NCBI GenBank assembly: GCA_021810635.1
Contig: JAJZIH010000007.1
Location: forward strand, 17,563 to 81,562
Direction of reading: 5' to 3'
Length of the DNA: 64,000 bases
Source of the DNA: Pseudomonadota bacterium
GTDB taxonomy: Bacteria; Pseudomonadota; Gammaproteobacteria; JAKAQQ01
Below, one piece after another: positions 48,634 to 58,343 of the stretch. Numbering within the stretch: position 1 is the first letter of the stretch; every line of letters starts with the position of its first letter. Both the position numbers and the translations under genes were made by a program. Below the pieces are notes generated by a model, which saw only the letters and a program-made list of their open reading frames with translations, was not told where the DNA came from and ran no database searches.

Positions 48634-48650
48634 TTCTTTCGCCCCGACCA
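48634..48650 (+). repeat. degenerate direct repeat of the tRNA-Pro 3' end (candidate attR)
   Basis: TTCTTTCGCCCCGACCA versus the tRNA 3' end TCCTGTCACCCCGACCA. 14 of 17 positions are identical, including the terminal 9 nt. It sits where lower-GC accessory DNA gives way to core-like genes. Confidence 0.4.
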
Positions 48651-48744
48651 CCGGGGGGATCTCCCGGCGATCGGGATCTCGCCCGGGTGCGGCCCCCGGC
48701 GTGAAGGCAGACGAGGGGCCGGAGTCCCGGAACCGGAGGCGGGC

Positions 48745-49272
48745 ATGCCACACTGGCTGCTGCAGACGCTCGAATCCCTGATCCAGGTGGCCAGTCCGGT
48801 CCTGCACCGCTATGGTCTGGCCGCCTTGGTCGTGGTTGTTTTCGCCGAAAATCTGGGTGTCCTGGTGGCGCCGGGGGAAGCCGTGATCGTGACCGCGGGG
48901 TTCCTGTCCGCCCGGGGCGTTTTTCCGATTGCAACGGTTTTGATTCTGGCGACCCTGGCCGCCGCCCTGGGCGGCTTTGCCGCCTATGGTCTCGGTTTCC
49001 GCTACGGCTATGCCGGGCTCACCCGCTGGGGAAAGTACGTCCGGATCACTCCCGCCCGGCTTGAAAAGACCCACCGTTTCCTGCACTCATACGGTGCGCC
49101 GGTGGTTTTTTTCGGCCGGTTTGTCGTGCCCTTGCGCCAGCTGCAGGGCTATCTGGCCGGTGCCGTGGCGATGGGATTCCGGCCCTTTGCGTTGTGGAGT
49201 CTCCTGGGGGCCGTGGCGTGGGTCGGTTTCTGGGGCCTCGGCACTTGGTGGCTCGCGGGCTGGCTGACCTGA
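48745..49272 (+). CDS. DedA-family membrane protein
   Basis: 175 aa from ATG 48745. ...VVVFAENLGVLVAPGEAV..., YGAPVVFFGRFVVPLR is the DedA/SNARE-associated pattern. Confidence 0.85.
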   Translation: MPHWLLQTLESLIQVASPVLHRYGLAALVVVVFAENLGVLVAPGEAVIVTAGFLSARGVFPIATVLILATLAAALGGFAAYGLGFRYGYAGLTRWGKYVRITPARLEKTHRFLHSYGAPVVFFGRFVVPLRQLQGYLAGAVAMGFRPFALWSLLGAVAWVGFWGLGTWWLAGWLT

Positions 49273-49334
49273 CGGGCGCGTCTGGCCGGTTTCCGGTTTA
49301 CAGTAACCGCATCGGGTAGCTGGAGGATTCGGGC

Positions 49335-51062
49335 ATGAGACGCGATCTCCCTCTTTTTCTTTGCGTGTTCATGGGGCTTGCCGGGGTCGTCTCCGCGCGG
49401 GCGGCCGCACCGGGCTCCTCCGGATACCCACCCCCGGTGCGGAGCCGTCATGAAATGGTCGTGACGGCGAGCCGCTACGCCACGCGGGTCGGAATCCGGA
49501 TCTTGCGGGCCGGAGGGAATGCGGTGGATGCCGCGGTGGCCGTGGGATATGCGTTGGCCGTGACGGATCCATGCTGCGGCAATGTGGGCGGCGGTGGCTT
49601 CATGATCTACCGTCCGGCGCATGGGCAGGCCTGGTTTCTGGATTTCCGCGAGGTGGCCCCCCGTGCAGCCACCCCGAACCTCTATCTCAATGCCCGGGGC
49701 GAACCGGTTCCTGGTGCGAGCCTCTGGTCCTGGAAGGCCATTGGCGTCCCGGGAACCGTGGCGGGGCTTGAGGAGGCGCGCCGGCTGTGGGGGACCTGGA
49801 GTGCCGCCCGTCTCGTGGCGCCGGCCATCCGGCTGGCCCGGCGGGGGTTTCGCCTGACCCGGGGAGAGCATCGTGAGCTCGTGGGCGATGCCCGGAGACT
49901 CCGGGCCGATCCCTCGGCCATGCGGATCTTCTTCAGGAACGGCAGGCCGCGCCCGGCCGGCTCGCTCATCCGGCAACCGGCCCTGGCCGTCACCCTGTCC
50001 CGCATCGCCCAGGGAGGCGCCCGCGCTTTCTACCGTGGCCCGCCCGCCCGGGCCGTCGTGGCCGCAAGCCGGAGGGAGGGGGGCATTCTTTCGCTGACCG
50101 ACTTCGCGGATTACCGCCCGGCTTTGTCCCGACCGCTGACCTGCCACTTCGCGGGAGACCGGGTGATCACGGCCCCCCCTCCCGGGGGCGGCGCCACCCT
50201 GTGCGAGATGCTTCAGATCCTCTCCGGCTACCCGCTCGCGCGCGATGGGTTCCATCGCGCGCGGTCCGTCCACTTCATTGCGGAAGCCATGCGCTGGGCC
50301 TATGCCGACCGTAACCGTTTCCTCGGGGATCCGGCTTTCGTCAAGATGCCGCTGCGCCGCCTGTTGTCAGCCCGCTACGCGCAGAGGATCCGCAATCGCA
50401 TCGCCCCCGAGAAAGCCACGCCTTCCTCCGCCGTGCGCCCCGGCATCCGGATGGTTCGGGAAGGCCACGAGACGACCCAGTTCTCCATCGTGGACCGTGC
50501 CGGGAACGCCGTCTCCGTCACCTATACCCTGAACACCTTTTTCGGAACCGGGCTCATGGCTCCGGGCACCGGCTTTTTCCTCAACAACGAGATGGACGAT
50601 TTCACGACCGCAGTCGGGCATCCCAACGCGTACGGTCTCGTGCAGGGTCGTATCAATGCCATCGCCCCGGGCAAACGGCCACTGTCGTCCATGACGCCCA
50701 CCATCGTCACGCACGCGCACCGGGTCGAGATCGTGACGGGAAGCCCGGGAGGATCGACGATCACGACCACGGTGCTCCAGATCCTGCTCAATCGGTTGGT
50801 CTACCATCTGGGAGCGGCCGCCTCCGTCGATGCGCCCCGCTTTCACATGCAGTGGCTGCCGGATGTGCTGTACTACGAGCCTGGAGCACTGAATCCCAAG
50901 ACGCGGCGTCGCCTGGCCGAATGGGGCTACCACTTAAAACAGGGCCCCCCCTGGGGAGGCCGCCGGTGGGGGGACGCCGAAAGCGTCTTCCGCTCGCGGA
51001 CCGGTCTTTGGGAGGGCGTCAATGACAACCGCCATCCTTCCGGCCTCGCCCTGGGCGGCTGA
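49335..51062 (+). CDS. ggt: gamma-glutamyltransferase
   Basis: 575 aa. Signal peptide, autoprocessing/catalytic Thr context (EGHETTQFSIVD), and GSPGGSTI near the C-terminus. Confidence 0.95.
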   Translation: MRRDLPLFLCVFMGLAGVVSARAAAPGSSGYPPPVRSRHEMVVTASRYATRVGIRILRAGGNAVDAAVAVGYALAVTDPCCGNVGGGGFMIYRPAHGQAWFLDFREVAPRAATPNLYLNARGEPVPGASLWSWKAIGVPGTVAGLEEARRLWGTWSAARLVAPAIRLARRGFRLTRGEHRELVGDARRLRADPSAMRIFFRNGRPRPAGSLIRQPALAVTLSRIAQGGARAFYRGPPARAVVAASRREGGILSLTDFADYRPALSRPLTCHFAGDRVITAPPPGGGATLCEMLQILSGYPLARDGFHRARSVHFIAEAMRWAYADRNRFLGDPAFVKMPLRRLLSARYAQRIRNRIAPEKATPSSAVRPGIRMVREGHETTQFSIVDRAGNAVSVTYTLNTFFGTGLMAPGTGFFLNNEMDDFTTAVGHPNAYGLVQGRINAIAPGKRPLSSMTPTIVTHAHRVEIVTGSPGGSTITTTVLQILLNRLVYHLGAAASVDAPRFHMQWLPDVLYYEPGALNPKTRRRLAEWGYHLKQGPPWGGRRWGDAESVFRSRTGLWEGVNDNRHPSGLALGG

Positions 51063-51074
51063 GAGCTGGCTTCG

Positions 51075-51908
51075 TCAGTGCAGGCTGCGGGCCAACTGCC
51101 GCTGAAAGTCCAGCCGGCGAGCTTCGTTGGTGATCAGGGGGAAGGCGGACCGGATGGCTTCCTGCAGGGGCTCCCGCTCGTCGGCACGGACCTCGGCCAT
51201 GGCTTCGAGCCACTGTTCGATGGCCGCCTCGGCCCGACCAGAAAGCACCGCGCGGGCGCCAACGCTCAGCCGATGGGCGAGACCGGGCGGCATTTTGGCC
51301 AGTTCCGACTCCAGCAGGGAGGCGAAGTGGAGGAGCGAGGAAACCTGCCCGTGGAGTGGATCCGAGAGGGCGGCGGGCGGAAGTTCGGCCAGTTGTGCGC
51401 GGGCTTTCTGGGTCTCCCCGCGCAGGAGGTTGACGAAGCAGAGTGCGATGGGCAGTCTCGGACTCCGTGAGCCGGCCGCCTGCAGCATTTCGAGGATCTG
51501 GAGGGCTTCCCGGAGGTTCCCCCTGTGGGCGAGTGCGAGCGCCTCCTCGACCCGCGGAGCATCTGGATTGGGGAGATGCGGCTCGATGAGTTCGCGGATG
51601 CGGCCTTCGGGTTGAACGCCGACGAAGGCTTCTACAATCTGGCTGCCTGCAAACAGCTTGACCGCGGGGATGCTCTGGATGCCGTATTCGTGCGCCAAAG
51701 CCGGCAGGCCGTCGATATTGATCTTGGCCAGATGCACCTGGCCTTCGTAGTGCTGCACCACTTTTTCGAGGATGGGGCCCAGTATGCGGCAGGGTGCGCA
51801 CCAGGGCGCCCAGAAATCGGCGAGCACCGGGTGGTCTTTGGATCCTTCGATCACGGTGGTCTTAAAATCATCGCCAACAATTTCATGAATCCAAGCCGAT
51901 GGGGCCAT
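51075..51908 (-). CDS. thioredoxin-domain plus TPR-like protein (YbbN/CnoX family)
   Basis: 277 aa. The N-terminal thioredoxin fold has an intact WAPWCAPC. The C-terminal helical region is typical of YbbN-like co-chaperones. Confidence 0.85.
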   Translation of the reverse strand: MAPSAWIHEIVGDDFKTTVIEGSKDHPVLADFWAPWCAPCRILGPILEKVVQHYEGQVHLAKINIDGLPALAHEYGIQSIPAVKLFAGSQIVEAFVGVQPEGRIRELIEPHLPNPDAPRVEEALALAHRGNLREALQILEMLQAAGSRSPRLPIALCFVNLLRGETQKARAQLAELPPAALSDPLHGQVSSLLHFASLLESELAKMPPGLAHRLSVGARAVLSGRAEAAIEQWLEAMAEVRADEREPLQEAIRSAFPLITNEARRLDFQRQLARSLH

Positions 51909-52416
51909 GAACCACCTGCCTCGTTCTGGGCTCGCGTCTTGCCGTCATTTTACCCCGGGACGGAAGGCGGACGCGGATGGGCGGGGGCTTCCGGGGGCTG
52001 GGTCTCTGTCGCATCCGCCCGAGGTGCATGAACCCACCGCCGGCCGGATCAACAGGTGGCCAGGCCCGTGCCCGGGCCATTCGGTGGCGCGGGCCTGTGG
52101 GCTAAGAGAGTCCGGCGGACTTGGCCGGCGGGAGCGGCGGGGGAGGGCCGGGGCCGTGGCCGTTGCGGGTGGGGTCATGCTCGATACCCGGGGCGGTCCG
52201 GAGGAGGGTCAGGCGGCGCCCTCACGGCGCAACGGAGCCTCCCTGCGGCTCACGCCGGGGGGAGGCTCAGGAGGATCGGACATCCCGGGTGATCGTCGAG
52301 CCGGATCTGCAGTCCGTGATGCATCCCGGCGACACAATCCCAACGCGTGGGTTTTCCTGCGGCGGCGGCGCGGAATTTCTGGAAACCGCCGTCTCCGGGA
52401 TCCCTGGGACCCCGGA

Positions 52417-52443
52417 TTGGCACGGCTCCCGTTCAGGTATAAT
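52417..52443 (+). promoter_or_regulatory. candidate sigma70 promoter (TTGGCA-N15-TATAAT) upstream of the Nramp gene
   Basis: TTGGCA 52417-52422 and TATAAT 52438-52443 stand out in otherwise very GC-rich DNA. They would give a leader of about 190 nt. The spacer is short. Confidence 0.3.
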
Positions 52444-52634
52444 CGCCCCCGCACAGGATCCCGGGTTCCCCCGGTTGCGGATTCCGGGTCCTCCCGACCG
52501 CCGGCGGGTGAGTCCACAGGGTCCTGCGGTCCCGGATCAGGTTCACGATCGGGTGCGAGCGGAGGGCCGGAGCCACGGCCCGGGACCGATCGGCATCCGG
52601 GTGGATCTTCCGTGATGAAGCCCTGCCGAGGTTT

Positions 52635-53891
52635 TTGATGTCCGCTGAGACGCCCGCCCTGCGAGGATCCTGGTTTCGGTGGAGAACCTTTCTCGCCGTC
52701 CTCGGACCGGGCCTCGTGGTCATGTTGGCCGATACCGACGTCGGCAGCGTCATCACGGCGGCCCAGAGCGGAGCTCAGTGGGGCTACAAGCTGCTCCTTC
52801 TGCAATTCCTACTCATGCCGGTGCTCTATGTGGTTCAGGAACTCACCGTCCGGCTGGGCATCTTTACCGGCAAGGGTCATGGAGAACTCATCCGGGACAC
52901 CTTCGGGGCCTCGTGGGCGTATCTTTCGGTTGCGGGGCTGAGCGTCGCCTGTACGGGTGCTCTGCTCACCGAATTTTCAGGGGTCGCGGGCATCAGCCAC
53001 CTCTATGGCCTGCCGCGGATCGTCGGGGTCGGACTGGCGGCGGCCGTGCTTCTGGGCGTGGTCTGGACCGGCTCCTACCGCCAAGTGGAGCGCGTGGCCC
53101 TGGCCATGGGGCTGTTCGAGGTGGTCTTTTTCGGCATCGCCTGGGCCAGCCATCCCAGTCTCCATGCGCTCATGATGGGGTGGGCGAACCTGCCGCTCGG
53201 TCGTCGGGATTACATGGTGCTCGTGGCCGCCAACATCGGTGCGGTGATCATGCCGTGGATGGTGTTCTACCAGCAGTCGGCTGTCGCCGACAAGGGATTG
53301 AAGCCCGGTCAATACCGGGAGGCGCGTCTCGATACGGCCATCGGAGCGGTCATCACCCAGCTGATCATGGGAGCTGTACTCGTTGCCACGGCGGCCACCA
53401 TCGGCCGCAGCAACCCGGAAGCCCCGCTGAATACCGTCCACCAGCTTTCCGAAGCCTTCGTTCCTTTTCTGGGCAAGGGCTGGGGCCGGGTCGTTTTTTC
53501 CGTTGGCATCCTGGGGGCCGGCATGGTGGCCAGCATCGTGATCTCCCTGGCCGGGGCTTGGGGGTGGGGAGAGGTCACGGGCTTTAAACACTCCCTGGAA
53601 CATGAGCCCCGGGATGCCCCCTGGTTTTACGCGATCTATTCGCTGATCGTCATCGCCGGTGCACTGACCGTGGTGTCGGTGCCGAACCTCGTCACGCTGG
53701 ATATCGCCGTCGAGGTCATGAATGCCTTTCTGCTGCCCCTGGTCCTGGGTTTCCTGGTGGCGCTGGCGGTCCGGGCGCTGCCCCGCGAGCACCGGATCGC
53801 GGGCGGCTATTTCTGGCTGGTTGCCGCGGTCGTCACCCTGACCGCAACCCTTGGAGTTTACGGCGGGCTCATCAGCATCCCGGGCTGGTAG
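52635..53891 (+). CDS. mntH: Nramp-family divalent metal transporter
   Basis: 418 aa. Multi-TM protein with GPGLVVMLADTDVGSVITAAQSGAQWGYKLL and MPWMVFYQQS-type motifs. Confidence 0.85.
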   Translation: MMSAETPALRGSWFRWRTFLAVLGPGLVVMLADTDVGSVITAAQSGAQWGYKLLLLQFLLMPVLYVVQELTVRLGIFTGKGHGELIRDTFGASWAYLSVAGLSVACTGALLTEFSGVAGISHLYGLPRIVGVGLAAAVLLGVVWTGSYRQVERVALAMGLFEVVFFGIAWASHPSLHALMMGWANLPLGRRDYMVLVAANIGAVIMPWMVFYQQSAVADKGLKPGQYREARLDTAIGAVITQLIMGAVLVATAATIGRSNPEAPLNTVHQLSEAFVPFLGKGWGRVVFSVGILGAGMVASIVISLAGAWGWGEVTGFKHSLEHEPRDAPWFYAIYSLIVIAGALTVVSVPNLVTLDIAVEVMNAFLLPLVLGFLVALAVRALPREHRIAGGYFWLVAAVVTLTATLGVYGGLISIPGW

Positions 53892-55941
53892 CGGGATCCC
53901 GGGAATCCGGCGGGCCACCGGTCAGCTCGTCCGGCCGTGAAAAAACGGCCGTGCAGGCCGTGCCCTGGCAGAGGTACAGGCGGGCTTCTCCCGGGGCGGC
54001 CGCGATGACCTGCTCGCCAGCCATCGGCCCGTCGTCGGCACCGGGAGCAAAGACCGGCAGGGTTTTCGGGAAACGTTTCCGGATGAGGGCAAGCCACTCG
54101 GGTCTGTCGTCGCGCGCGCCGTGCAAGAGCAGGAAAGGGGGAGGCGAATCGAGAGCGGACAGGCTGAGGACCAGGCTGAGATGGGCCTGGGGGGCCGCAG
54201 AGGCATGGGGACGCCCCGCCACCCCGCCGCGGAGTGCGGCTTCATGGTAGCGGGATCGTCCGGAAAGCCGGGCCAGCGTCAAAAGTGCCCGGAGCGCTAC
54301 GGCATTGGCTGAAGGAACCGACTCGTCGGCCCACGTTTTGAGGCGGATGAGCGGGGTCGGCCGGTCGTGGGCGGTGTACCAGAATCCGCCGCCCGACCGG
54401 TCCTCGAACCGTTCGAGGAGCTGGTCGGCCAGTGCCAGGGCCCACTCGTACCAGCGGGCTTCCCAGTGCGTTCCGAGCAGTTCCAGGAGTCCTTCCAGCA
54501 CGAACACCTGGTCCGGGAGAAAGGCCGGCTCCGCGGTTTTTCCCTCGCGGGTACTGCTCATGAGCCGGCCGTTCCGAACGAGGCCGGTGGCGAGGCCATC
54601 GGCACAGCGGCCGGCGAGATCGATCCAGTCGGGCCGGTCGAGCAGCCACCCGGCACGGGCCAGTCCCCGCACCGTCAGTCCGTTGGCCGCGGCCCGGATC
54701 TTGTCGTCACGGGCCGGGCGCGGACGGTTGAGGCGGGTGCGGAGGAGGCGGAGGCGGGCGGACTCGAGGAGCGGATCGCCAGCCGCCCCGCCCCCGCCCT
54801 CCCGTTCCGGGTACGTGGGTTGTGAAAGATGCCAGCGGCCCTCGAAGTTGGCGGGCCGGTCGAGTCCCCAGGCCGTTTCGGCAACCGCCCATTCCTCGGG
54901 GGTGAGCAGGGAACGGACTTCGTCCCGCTCCCAGAGATAGTAGCGCCCCTCTCCGCCGTCACTGTCGGCGTCGAGGCTGCTGTAGAACCCGCCCGCCGGA
55001 TCCTGCATTTCGGTCTTGAGCCAGTCCACCAGGGACGCCGCCGTGGCGGCATAGGCCGGGCGGCCGGTGAGGACGGCCGCCTCCGCGTAAAGGGCGAGCA
55101 GCAGGGCATTGTCGTCGAGCATTTTCTCGAAGTGCGGAATTTGCCAGTCGGCATCCACGCAATAACGGAAGAATCCCCCGCCGATGTGGTCCCAGAGGCC
55201 GCCTTGGGTCATGGCGGCCAGGGTCTGGTTGATGAGGGGAGCCATCCGGGAATGGTTCGGCGGATCCGGCGGGAGGTTCGTGAGGCGTCCGAGGAGAAAG
55301 GCGAGCGCAGGCGGGTGGGGGAACTTGGGGGCGCCCCCGAAACCGCCCGAGCGGCGATCGAAATTGCGTTCCAGACCGGCCTGTGCGGTCGCCGACAGGT
55401 CCGAATCGGAGGACTCGGGGGATGGAGGGATCCCGGATGCCAGGCTCGCAAACGCCTCTCGGATTTTCCCGGTCAAAAGTCTCCAGTCTCCGGACTGTTC
55501 GCGGTAGTAACGGGACAGGGCGGCGATGACCTCGCCGAATCCGGGCAGTCCGTCACGGGGTTCGCGGGGGAAATAGGTTCCGGCGAAGAAGGGCGTGAGC
55601 CGGTCGGGCTCGACGAAGACGGAGAGCGGCCACCCGCCCGCCCGCCCGGTGAGCCACTGGTGGGCCAGCTGGTAGATCTGGTCGAGGTCCGGTCGCAGTT
55701 CGCGATCGATCTTGATGTTGAGAAAGGAGGCGTTGAGTGCGGCAGCGATGGCCGGATCCTCGAAACACTCCTCGGCCATGATGTGGCACCAATGGCAGGC
55801 GGCATAGCCGATCGACAGGAAAATCGGTTTTTGCTCCGCCCGTGCCCGCGCCAGTGCCTCTTCGCAGTAGGGATGCCAGTCAACCGGCTGATGGGCGTGC
55901 TGGAGGAGATAGGCGCTGGCCTGTCCGGCGAGGTGGTTCAT
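53872..55941 (-). CDS. thioredoxin-domain (DUF255/YyaL-like) protein with alpha/alpha-barrel C-terminal region
   Basis: 689 aa. N-terminal ...IFLSIGYAACHWCHIMAEECFED..., then a long helical-repeat region as in YyaL/SPATA20-type proteins. Confidence 0.85.
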   Translation of the reverse strand: MNHLAGQASAYLLQHAHQPVDWHPYCEEALARARAEQKPIFLSIGYAACHWCHIMAEECFEDPAIAAALNASFLNIKIDRELRPDLDQIYQLAHQWLTGRAGGWPLSVFVEPDRLTPFFAGTYFPREPRDGLPGFGEVIAALSRYYREQSGDWRLLTGKIREAFASLASGIPPSPESSDSDLSATAQAGLERNFDRRSGGFGGAPKFPHPPALAFLLGRLTNLPPDPPNHSRMAPLINQTLAAMTQGGLWDHIGGGFFRYCVDADWQIPHFEKMLDDNALLLALYAEAAVLTGRPAYAATAASLVDWLKTEMQDPAGGFYSSLDADSDGGEGRYYLWERDEVRSLLTPEEWAVAETAWGLDRPANFEGRWHLSQPTYPEREGGGGAAGDPLLESARLRLLRTRLNRPRPARDDKIRAAANGLTVRGLARAGWLLDRPDWIDLAGRCADGLATGLVRNGRLMSSTREGKTAEPAFLPDQVFVLEGLLELLGTHWEARWYEWALALADQLLERFEDRSGGGFWYTAHDRPTPLIRLKTWADESVPSANAVALRALLTLARLSGRSRYHEAALRGGVAGRPHASAAPQAHLSLVLSLSALDSPPPFLLLHGARDDRPEWLALIRKRFPKTLPVFAPGADDGPMAGEQVIAAAPGEARLYLCQGTACTAVFSRPDELTGGPPDSRDPATSPGC

Positions 55942-55993
55942 GACGGGCCGGCGGGAATCCGGCCGCAGTCGGACTCCGGGATCCTGTGGACGC

Positions 55994-56317
55994 TCAGTCC
56001 GCGATCCACCGGCGTTTGTCCGTCACGTCACGCCACTGATCGGCGTCCGGAAGCTTGGGTTCGCGCTGGCTGGCCCGCGGCCAGAGTCGGGCGAAGTGCG
56101 CATTGAGCTCCAGAAAATCCTTCTGGCTCACCGGCAGGAGGTCGGCGTGGAAGATGGCACCGACCGGGCAGGCTGCGACGCACAGGCCGCAATCGATGCA
56201 GGTCGCGGGGTCGATGGCCACGAAGGATGGGCCCAGGTGGAAACAGTCGACGGGGCAGTCGTCGATGCAGTCTGTGTAGCGGCAGCGGATGCAGGGTTCG
56301 GAGACGACGTGAGTCAT
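55994..56317 (-). CDS. fdxA: 7Fe ferredoxin
   Basis: 107 aa. CIRCRYTDCIDDCPVDC and CIDCGLCVAACP clusters. Confidence 0.9.
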   Translation of the reverse strand: MTHVVSEPCIRCRYTDCIDDCPVDCFHLGPSFVAIDPATCIDCGLCVAACPVGAIFHADLLPVSQKDFLELNAHFARLWPRASQREPKLPDADQWRDVTDKRRWIAD

Positions 56318-56371
56318 GGACGCAGCTTCCGGTGGGTGGGGGATCCGGATTTCGGGTCTTCCTCCGCAGGA

Positions 56372-56447
56372 TGGTGCTCCCTAGGGGATTCGAACCCCTG
56401 TTTTCGCCGTGAGAAGGCGACGTCCTGGGCCTCTAGACGAAGGGAGC
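56372..56447 (-). tRNA. tRNA-Glu (anticodon CUC)
   Basis: The reverse complement GCTCCCTTCGTCTAGAGGCCCAGGACGTCGCCTTCTCACGGCGAAAACAGGGGTTCGAATCCCCTAGGGAGCACCA aligns position-for-position with E. coli tRNA-Glu. The anticodon loop is TTCTCAC, giving CUC instead of UUC. Confidence 0.85.
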
Positions 56448-56512
56448 CATGAAACGACGGGCAGGGGCCAAGAACTTGGTATTATAGAGGAACCACCCCG
56501 TAGCAGGCTGCG

Positions 56513-57826
56513 GTGCACGAACGAACCAGTCACCTGGGGCCCGAGGCCACCGGACCTGCCGTCATCCCCCGGACGGAACACCGCCTCGATCCTGATCGGA
56601 TCTCTCCCTCCGCACTCGAGGTCGTGCGCCGGCTGGTCGATCGGGGGTTTGCCGGCTATGTGGTCGGGGGCGGAGTTCGGGACCTTTTGCTGGGGATTCC
56701 GCCAAAAGACTTCGATGTGGCCACCGATGCCCGTCCGGAGGATGTGCGACGCCTGTTTCGCAACAGTCGCATCATCGGACGGCGGTTCCGGCTGGCTCAC
56801 GTGTTTTTCGGCCCGGAGGTCGTCGAGGTTGCGACTTTCCGCCGGGGGAGCGCCGGGCCGGAACGGGCGCATCCCCATTTTGAACGGACGGCCGCCGGCC
56901 GCCTGCTGCGTGACAACCTCTATGGGACCGAGCAGGAAGATGCCTTCCGGCGGGATTTCACGCTGAATGCCCTTTATTTCGATGCGGTCAACGGAACCAT
57001 CCGGGACTGGGTCGGGGGCTTCGACGACCTCCGGCGGGGGGTCATCCGCCTCATCGGCGAGCCCGAGGCGCGCTACCGGGAGGATCCGGTACGCATGCTG
57101 CGCGCCGTGCGTTTCCAGTCCAAGACGGGTTTTCCGTTGGAGGCGGCGACGGCGGCCCCCCTCCACCGCCTGGCCCCGCTCCTCACGACCGTGCCGCCGG
57201 CGCGTCTGTTTGAGGAGATCGGCAAGTTGCTGTTGTTCGGCCAGGCCCAGCGGAATTTCCGGGGACTGGTCGGCCACGCGCTCCTGAACCCCCTGTTCCC
57301 ATGGACGGCGGAATGGCTGGAAACCGATTCCGAGGGCCTGCACCGGGCACTCGTTGAACGGGTGCTCGAGGCCTCGGATGCCGCCCCGGGCGAGAGGGCC
57401 GACCGGTCACTCGTCCTGATCCTGTCCGGCTTTTTCTGGGGAGCGTCCCGCCAGTACATGCGCTGGCATGAAACGGAGGGCATGGACCGGGTCGCCGCCA
57501 TGCACCGGGCCCTGCACGTCCTTTTGCGGGAGCAGCAAAAGCACGTTTCGATCCCGCGTCGGATCCTGGATCCGGTCGAATCCCTCCTGGTTCACCAGAT
57601 CCGGCTCGATCAGGGAACCGCGCAGCCGGTCGCGAACCGGCTGGTCACCCATCCCGCCTTTGCGGCGAGTCTGGATTTTCTCAAGGTCCGTGCCGAGGTT
57701 GGAGATGCCCCCGCCGAGCTGGAGGCCGAATGGCGGGATTTCGCCGGGGCGGCCCCCCCCATGCCGGAAACGGCAGGACCTCCCCCCGCCCGCCGCCGTC
57801 GCCGCCGGTCCCGACGTCCCGTCTGA
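56513..57826 (+). CDS. pcnB: poly(A) polymerase I
   Basis: 437 aa. GYVVGGGVRDLLLG, DFDVAT and RIIGRRFRLAHV motifs with an Arg-rich C-terminal tail. GTG start. Confidence 0.9.
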   Translation: MHERTSHLGPEATGPAVIPRTEHRLDPDRISPSALEVVRRLVDRGFAGYVVGGGVRDLLLGIPPKDFDVATDARPEDVRRLFRNSRIIGRRFRLAHVFFGPEVVEVATFRRGSAGPERAHPHFERTAAGRLLRDNLYGTEQEDAFRRDFTLNALYFDAVNGTIRDWVGGFDDLRRGVIRLIGEPEARYREDPVRMLRAVRFQSKTGFPLEAATAAPLHRLAPLLTTVPPARLFEEIGKLLLFGQAQRNFRGLVGHALLNPLFPWTAEWLETDSEGLHRALVERVLEASDAAPGERADRSLVLILSGFFWGASRQYMRWHETEGMDRVAAMHRALHVLLREQQKHVSIPRRILDPVESLLVHQIRLDQGTAQPVANRLVTHPAFAASLDFLKVRAEVGDAPAELEAEWRDFAGAAPPMPETAGPPPARRRRRRSRRPV

Positions 57827-57839
57827 GGGGGAGGCCGCC

Positions 57840-58343
57840 GTGGTGACGGCTTATATCGGGTTGGGTAGCAATCTCAATGATCCGCCGCAACGGATCGCCG
57901 CCGCACTCGCAGCCCTGAGGGAAGATTCCGCGATTCGGAACCTGCGCGTCTCCTCCTGTTACCGCAATCCCCCCCTCGACCGGTCCGACCAGCCGGATTA
58001 CTGCAATGCCGTCGCGGCGGTCGAGACCCGGGTCGGTGCGCACCGGCTTCTGGCGATCTGCCAGCGCATCGAACAGGCCCATGGGCGGGTCCGGAATGGG
58101 GTGCGCTGGGGCCCCCGTCCGCTGGATCTCGACCTTTTGCTTTACGGGGAGTGTGTCTCACGGGTTCCGGAACTGATCCTCCCCCACCCGGGTCTGGCGG
58201 AACGTCCCTTTGTGCTTTATCCTCTCTTGGAACTCGCCCCCGACCTGACCATTCCGGGGCTGGGCCCGGTCAGCGACTTGGCTGCCCGTTGCGATGGGAG
58301 TCACCTTGAGCGTGTCGCGCATGCCGTCTCCGGCGTTTTCTGA
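57840..58343 (+). CDS. folK: 2-amino-4-hydroxy-6-hydroxymethyldihydropteridine diphosphokinase
   Basis: In-frame GTG at 57840. AYIGLGSNL, RWGPRPLDLDLL, LPHPGLAERPFVL. Confidence 0.9.
   Translation: MVTAYIGLGSNLNDPPQRIAAALAALREDSAIRNLRVSSCYRNPPLDRSDQPDYCNAVAAVETRVGAHRLLAICQRIEQAHGRVRNGVRWGPRPLDLDLLLYGECVSRVPELILPHPGLAERPFVLYPLLELAPDLTIPGLGPVSDLAARCDGSHLERVAHAVSGVF

Noticed and set aside
51909-52634. yybP-ykoY (Mn2+) riboswitch in front of the Nramp gene
   Set aside because: No GGGGAGUAG / GAGAGACC-type conserved blocks were found by eye, and this riboswitch class normally controls exporters rather than Nramp importers.
53872-53891. 20-nt convergent overlap of the Nramp and DUF255-like genes
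   Set aside because: Small 3'-3' overlaps are common in compact GC-rich genomes. Nothing else is unusual at the site.
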